DNA of 64,000 nucleotides from Batkoa obscura (Eukaryota): NCBI GenBank assembly GCA_030770535.1, contig JASVEC010000021.1, positions 310,001 to 374,000 of the forward strand, read 5' to 3'. Shown piece by piece: positions 58,818 to 64,000 of this stretch (position 1 is its first letter; each line of letters starts with the position of its first letter). The notes under the pieces were generated by a model. It saw only the letters and a program-made list of their open reading frames with translations, ran no database searches and was not told where the DNA came from. The position numbers and the translations under genes were made by a program.

Positions 58818-59972
58818 TTTATATTAAAGCTTTTCTTATTTTAAAATAAAAGTTTTTCTGTTAAAAATTTTTATAAAACGTAATTTATAGTGTTTCTATT
58901 GAATTATTATCCTTTTAGATTCATTGGTGCTTTTTAGTTCTTATGTTTTAAAGTAGGAATTTCTTTTAAACTAAGTAGTTATTGGTGTTTGTTTAATTTA
59001 TAATACGTACCATTGGTTACTAAATTACTAGTACTAAAGGCATATAGCATTTTCAAAAGTTAAAATGATTACTTTTATTAGTTAATTTTTATTCTGGTGT
59101 CAATTATTGGTTCAAATGAAAGGAGTTGTTGATGTGGCTTATTTTTTATTTCCAATTCTCTTAACATGGGTTAAAAAGTAACATTATGTTTAAAGCTTTG
59201 GGTTTTATTAATAATTAGTAGAACAATACAATGACTAAATACTACTTAAATACTACTTTGGAACTTAAATAGTTTGAAGTATAATTAAAGTGAAAATGAA
59301 GTATAGTAATTAATAAGAAAAATTCGGTGAAAATGTATACTAAACGTCTCTTATTACTGTTTACAAATTTATTTTTTATGTTATTTAAGTTTGTTTTATT
59401 TCTAAATTGTTTAAGTTATCTTGTGTCAAAACAATAGTAACAAACTATAAAGAAACTCTTCTAATTAGTATGAATTAATTTAAACCCAAGGTTTGACTTT
59501 TTCGGTTTTAATTTCTAAGAAATAAAATAATCCATTTTTAAAATTTTCAACTTAAAAGAGAAAATAAAAAGACTAATCCTCTCTGTCTCTTTAGGTTGCT
59601 TTTTAGCTCCTATATTATTCGTTGGATTCTTTATGCTTATTAATGAAACATTTCGGAGTTACTATCTTTGAACGAAGTTATTTAAACTGTCCTTACATTA
59701 AGGAATAAAAAAGTAAAAAATATTTATACTTATATAAGCTTTTAAAGTCCAAAGTTTGAAAAACATTTATTTTTGTTTGCTTTATAGTCAGCTTTTGATT
59801 TATGTTATTCATTATAAAATTTAACACTAAATATTTTTACTATTATAATACCATCTATATTTTTAAGGTTGGTGTCACAATTTTAAAAAATACAAGTCAA
59901 GAATCAAATTAAAAAATTAATAAAAACATCATATTGCAGTATTATAAACATCTATTTCATCTTTAATAAAAA

Positions 59973-60998
59973 TTATTTTAAATTTGATAAGAATTGATCT
60001 AATGAAAATGAAGGCTTCTTATCTTCTTCAACCTCTTTACTCTTTTTAAGCATCTTAGACAAGTTCATTAATTTAGCTGCTGGCAGCTTCTTATTATTCT
60101 TTCTGGTTGATACCATCAAACCAGACCCTTTATTCTTTATTTTGTCATTTCCCTTATTTTCTACTTTATTATTATTAGCATTATTGTCTTCTTTATTTTT
60201 TATATTATTATTGTTAGATTTGTTGTTTCCTTTACCTTCTATTTTATTGTTTTTAATTAGATTATCCACTTTAGTTTTTATTTTATTATTATTAGCTCCA
60301 TTATTTCTTACATCTTCTATCTTAGTAGTATCTATACTTTCTTCTTTGATTGCTACTTTATTATCATTAACAACTTCAACTATCTTACTTTTCTTATTGA
60401 TGTGTATAACATTGCCTTCGTTCAAAGAGCTATCACCTCCTTTTTTACTATGCTTTTCGATTGATTTATTTGAACTTCCAGGAATCAATGTATTTGTTTG
60501 GCATAAACAGCATTTGTAAGAAACAATGTTACTATTTGGATATCTTAAATTCGTGTTGTTCTTTTCGTTTTTTCGTTTTTCTTTTTGTTTTTTCAAATTC
60601 CTACTTGTTGGGTTGTCAAATACGTACTCTCTTTTTTTAAATATTGACTCTGTTTTAACTTCTTTTTTTACTTTCAGCTGTTTATCTTCATTGGTTTCAT
60701 TTAGTTTGTCTCCATCGTTTTCGTTCAATTTATCCTTATTCTTTTTCTCAACCACTTTCTTTTTTTTGTTATTAATAACTTTTACATTACTTGTAACTCC
60801 AGGCAAAATCGGTGTCCCACATCCCTGACAATATTGTTTTTTCAAATAATCAGTGACTGGATTCTCATTATAGATACCCATCTTTTGAAATAAGCTAATG
60901 TAATACCCGCCTAATCCTGGTGAAATAGAAGTAGCTACATGTCCTACTCTCCATAAATGCTTCATATGATTATCTATCTCATGCTTCCTTGTAGCCAT
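59973..60998 (-). CDS. RPR2: RNase P subunit Rpr2/Rpp21-like with long Lys/Asn-rich insert and tail
   Basis: HLW...YY...KKQYCQGCGTPILPG...YKCCLC zinc ribbon. Confidence 0.7.
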   Translation of the reverse strand: MATRKHEIDNHMKHLWRVGHVATSISPGLGGYYISLFQKMGIYNENPVTDYLKKQYCQGCGTPILPGVTSNVKVINNKKKKVVEKKNKDKLNENDGDKLNETNEDKQLKVKKEVKTESIFKKREYVFDNPTSRNLKKQKEKRKNEKNNTNLRYPNSNIVSYKCCLCQTNTLIPGSSNKSIEKHSKKGGDSSLNEGNVIHINKKSKIVEVVNDNKVAIKEESIDTTKIEDVRNNGANNNKIKTKVDNLIKNNKIEGKGNNKSNNNNIKNKEDNNANNNKVENKGNDKIKNKGSGLMVSTRKNNKKLPAAKLMNLSKMLKKSKEVEEDKKPSFSLDQFLSNLK

Positions 60999-61555
60999 TT
61001 CTTGCTATTTAAAATTATAAAAATAAATTTATTCTAAAAGCTAAATTACAAAATTTATTTCACCCTTAAGTATGAAATTATGCAAATGGGATTTTGCAGA
61101 GATATTAATTACTTAAGCTATTTAAATGATATAGGAGACCTTATCTATTGATAACGTAGGATCTATTCGGTTATTTACAAAATTAAGATTTTGTTTTTTG
61201 GCATATTTTCTATTATATTTTTCTACCAAAATATGTACAAATTTTTCAAGTAATTGTTTAAATCAATAGCAATATAAAATTCAAAAATATTTATAAATAT
61301 TTATAAAGTAACTTCACATATTGAAATTTCTGTACTACCGTTTGAAAAAGACAGTTTTGTAATTTATTAGTAGCATAATAAACTTTAAATAATTTTAAAT
61401 AAACACTTTAGCTACTGAAAATCAAATACACTACCTCTTCAAAAATAAATTTATCAAAACAGAAGAAATATCATATTAAAACTTTTATGATCTATATAAA
61501 TATATCCTTGATTGCAGAAATAATGTTAATCATAACCCAAACTCTATCATACCTC

Positions 61556-62798
61556 TTAAAAGTCCTCGACGGAAGATATAGTCATACTTTTAGCAAATGG
61601 GGAAACTTTTGTATCTTGATTATTTTGATTTAAATCCTTTTTTAACTTAGCCATCTCAACAAAAGCTCGTTTTATACTTTTAGTTCCTTTAGTATTAGTA
61701 TCTGGCCTATTCAAGATCAATATAATTTATAGAACAATTATATTATTGGTTATTACCATCTAACCTGAATGCCTTTATCTTCTAAAAGCCTCTCACAAGT
61801 GCTCCAACTAAAACGTATAATAGATGGCCAGCCAAAAAGCGGATCTATATTATTGTTAAGCCAATTTACGGTGTTGACGTCTATGATAATTAACATGCCT
61901 ATGTAAATTAAAAGAAAAATATACCTGAAGTATAACCAGAGCCAAATTCTCTTGATGGTTTAAGTGATAAAGCATCAAGCTCATTGAAATCCCAATTTTT
62001 TAAAACACTATCTCTAGTTACCTAATTTAAATTTTAAAATTTCGATACTTAACAGATAAAAAACTATACTTTAGCACATATACTAGCAGCAGAAACAGAA
62101 GGATATAAAGAATCAGCTTTTTTTGACACTTTGATTCTTATATAGGGAAAATGAGAATTGAGTTTAGCTTCGTATTTTTCTGGTATTCCAACTGTATCAA
62201 CATAGATCTAATCATTTTAATACTTACAAAATAGTTTAAATTAGGATTACTTCTTTGATTTTTACGCCTTCTTCAAGCAATCTTTTAATTAAATTAATAG
62301 TTGTATCATGTGCTAATGCATTCAAATTATACTTTTCTCTACAAAAAATCAATACTTAAAATTAGACTATGAAAGTTCGATTACTTCCCCAACATACAAC
62401 TTGATATATATGAGGGCGATAATGAGTGTATTGCATATCCTATTCTATCTGAATTCTGGTTGATTTTCTCAAATAAGCTCTCTCTTTGAATTTCATTCAG
62501 CACCTTAGAATCTAATTACTTTGTTAACAACTCTCCATACATTTGATTTTTATTTACCATCGAATCCTAAATCTTTAAAATCATCCTCCATGCCTGGTAT
62601 GTGATAACATGCTGAATAAACCATTGGGCCTAAAAATTCATCAATAAAAATAAATACCTTATACTTCAATTTACCTAAAACAGGACCTCTACCAGCTTCA
62701 TCAACACCTAATATGCATCCTTCACCTTCTTTAGCTTTTAACGGAATAGGCGACAAGTGAACAAACGATTTTGTATTTTTTAAAAAAGAAAATGCCAT
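61556..62798 (-). CDS. RNH201: Ribonuclease H2 catalytic subunit A
   Basis: [63 protein letters not shown]. Confidence 0.95.
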
Positions 62799-63254
62799 AA
62801 AAAAGATTGATATATATTTTTTAAAATTATTGCTTTTTGAATTTTATTAAAATGGGTCACGTTTTTAACCATTAGTTGTAAAAACTAGGAGTTTAAATTA
62901 AATTAATCAACCTTAAAGCCTTGACAGATTTTTTATATAAGTCATTTTATAAATAATAATATTTTGTCTAAAGAAATGAGCTATTGACTGCAAAAGTAAA
63001 CATGGTCTATGCTAAAGGATAGAAGTTAGAGCAAAAAACAAACGATGTAGCAGTTCTTTATCCTTATTAAATGGATTTGCCCAACAATTCTAGTATTTAA
63101 AAATCTGCTTAATATTGTCATTTGCAAAAAAGATTGAGAGTTTTAGTTTTCAAATAGTCCAATAAAGATTTGCCATCAAGATTGAATGATGCATAAAATG
63201 TAAAAAAAAGAAAATCAAACAAAACAACAAACTTTTTAAATCAAATTAGTAAAA

Positions 63255-64000
63255 ATGTATCAAGGATATGGACAAGAAAAGGATGGCTATGACAATAACC
63301 AATACTATGATCAAACTGGGATTCAACAACCGGTCCCAGTAAGACCTGTACAAGCCGATAGTCGAGGTTGGGACAGCCAATATCAAGAATATCCAAACGA
63401 AAGTCAAGTTAATTACAATAATAAACAACCCTATCCTACTCCTAATCCAGCACAACAAGGCCAGTATCAAAATTATCAGCAAGGAAATAATGGTCAAAAT
63501 ATGGACCAATTCATCAATCTTCAAGGAGGATTTGAAAACTTTTCTCAGTTCCAAAACTCGGCTGCTGCTCAGTTAGGGGTTCAATTGGGTCAAAATGCCA
63601 TGCAAGCTGGTTCAAAATACATGGAACAAAACGTAAAAAAGACAAAATATTCTATAAATTAGTTGATTACATTAAAATAGGTAGGAAGATTCATAAATAT
63701 ACCAAAATTGAAACACTACTTTAACGTCAGCAACGGTTATGTTTTAAATAAATTGCGTTTACTATTGTTTCCTTTCAGCCATAAGGTAAGATCTAGTCTT
63801 TTTAAGTATCGGTCATATTAATTTCATTAGTCATGGTCACGTAAACTTAGAACAACAGAAAACAATGGACAAATTGAGAGCTATTGTCCTCCAAGAGAGG
63901 ATATCAATGCCCCAGATTTATACATCCCAGGTAAAAATGCTTTACTTAATTGAAAAAATCCAAAATTTAAATTTAAACAGTAACTGCGTTCGTAACTTAT
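63255..64000 (+). CDS. YIF1: Yif1/Hrf1 ER-Golgi protein, truncated by the window end
   Basis: AAQLGVQLG; LKHYFNVSN.YV.NKL.LLLFPF.HK.W.R; PPREDINAPDLYIP. Confidence 0.9.

Noticed and set aside
60142..60828. Hydrophobic plus-strand ORFs resembling membrane proteins
   Set aside because: Antisense shadows of the K/N-rich Rpr2-like gene

Overview
AT-rich eukaryotic DNA with many short GT-AG introns (mostly about 40-60 nt). The gene content (Zn2Cys6 transcription factor plus animal-like AIF, AZUL-HECT, kinesin-4, SMYD and NUDCD1) points to an early-diverging fungus; an entomophthoralean such as (Neo)Conidiobolus is my inference only. Most of the window is about 25 tightly packed housekeeping genes plus an intron-containing tRNA-Ile(UAU). 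Two gene-poor accessory intervals (about 25.0-33.4 kb and 37.1-39.7 kb) hold most of the unusual material. (1) Twelve of 16 copies of a ~100-bp hairpin-forming MITE with GGG/GAG...CCC/CTC ends and clear 4-bp ATNT target-site duplications (Sola-like, by inference). (2) A separate ~197-bp fold-back MITE. (3) Two decayed paralogous genes with a pattern suggestive of aerolysin/ETX-MTX2 beta-pore-forming toxins, one interrupted by the MITE. (4) An intronless secreted protein with a bacterial-type 3D/MltA-like domain behind an acidic/(KG)n linker. A 4-nt micro-exon is required to build the kinesin P-loop. Exon boundaries were read by eye and no database searches were run.
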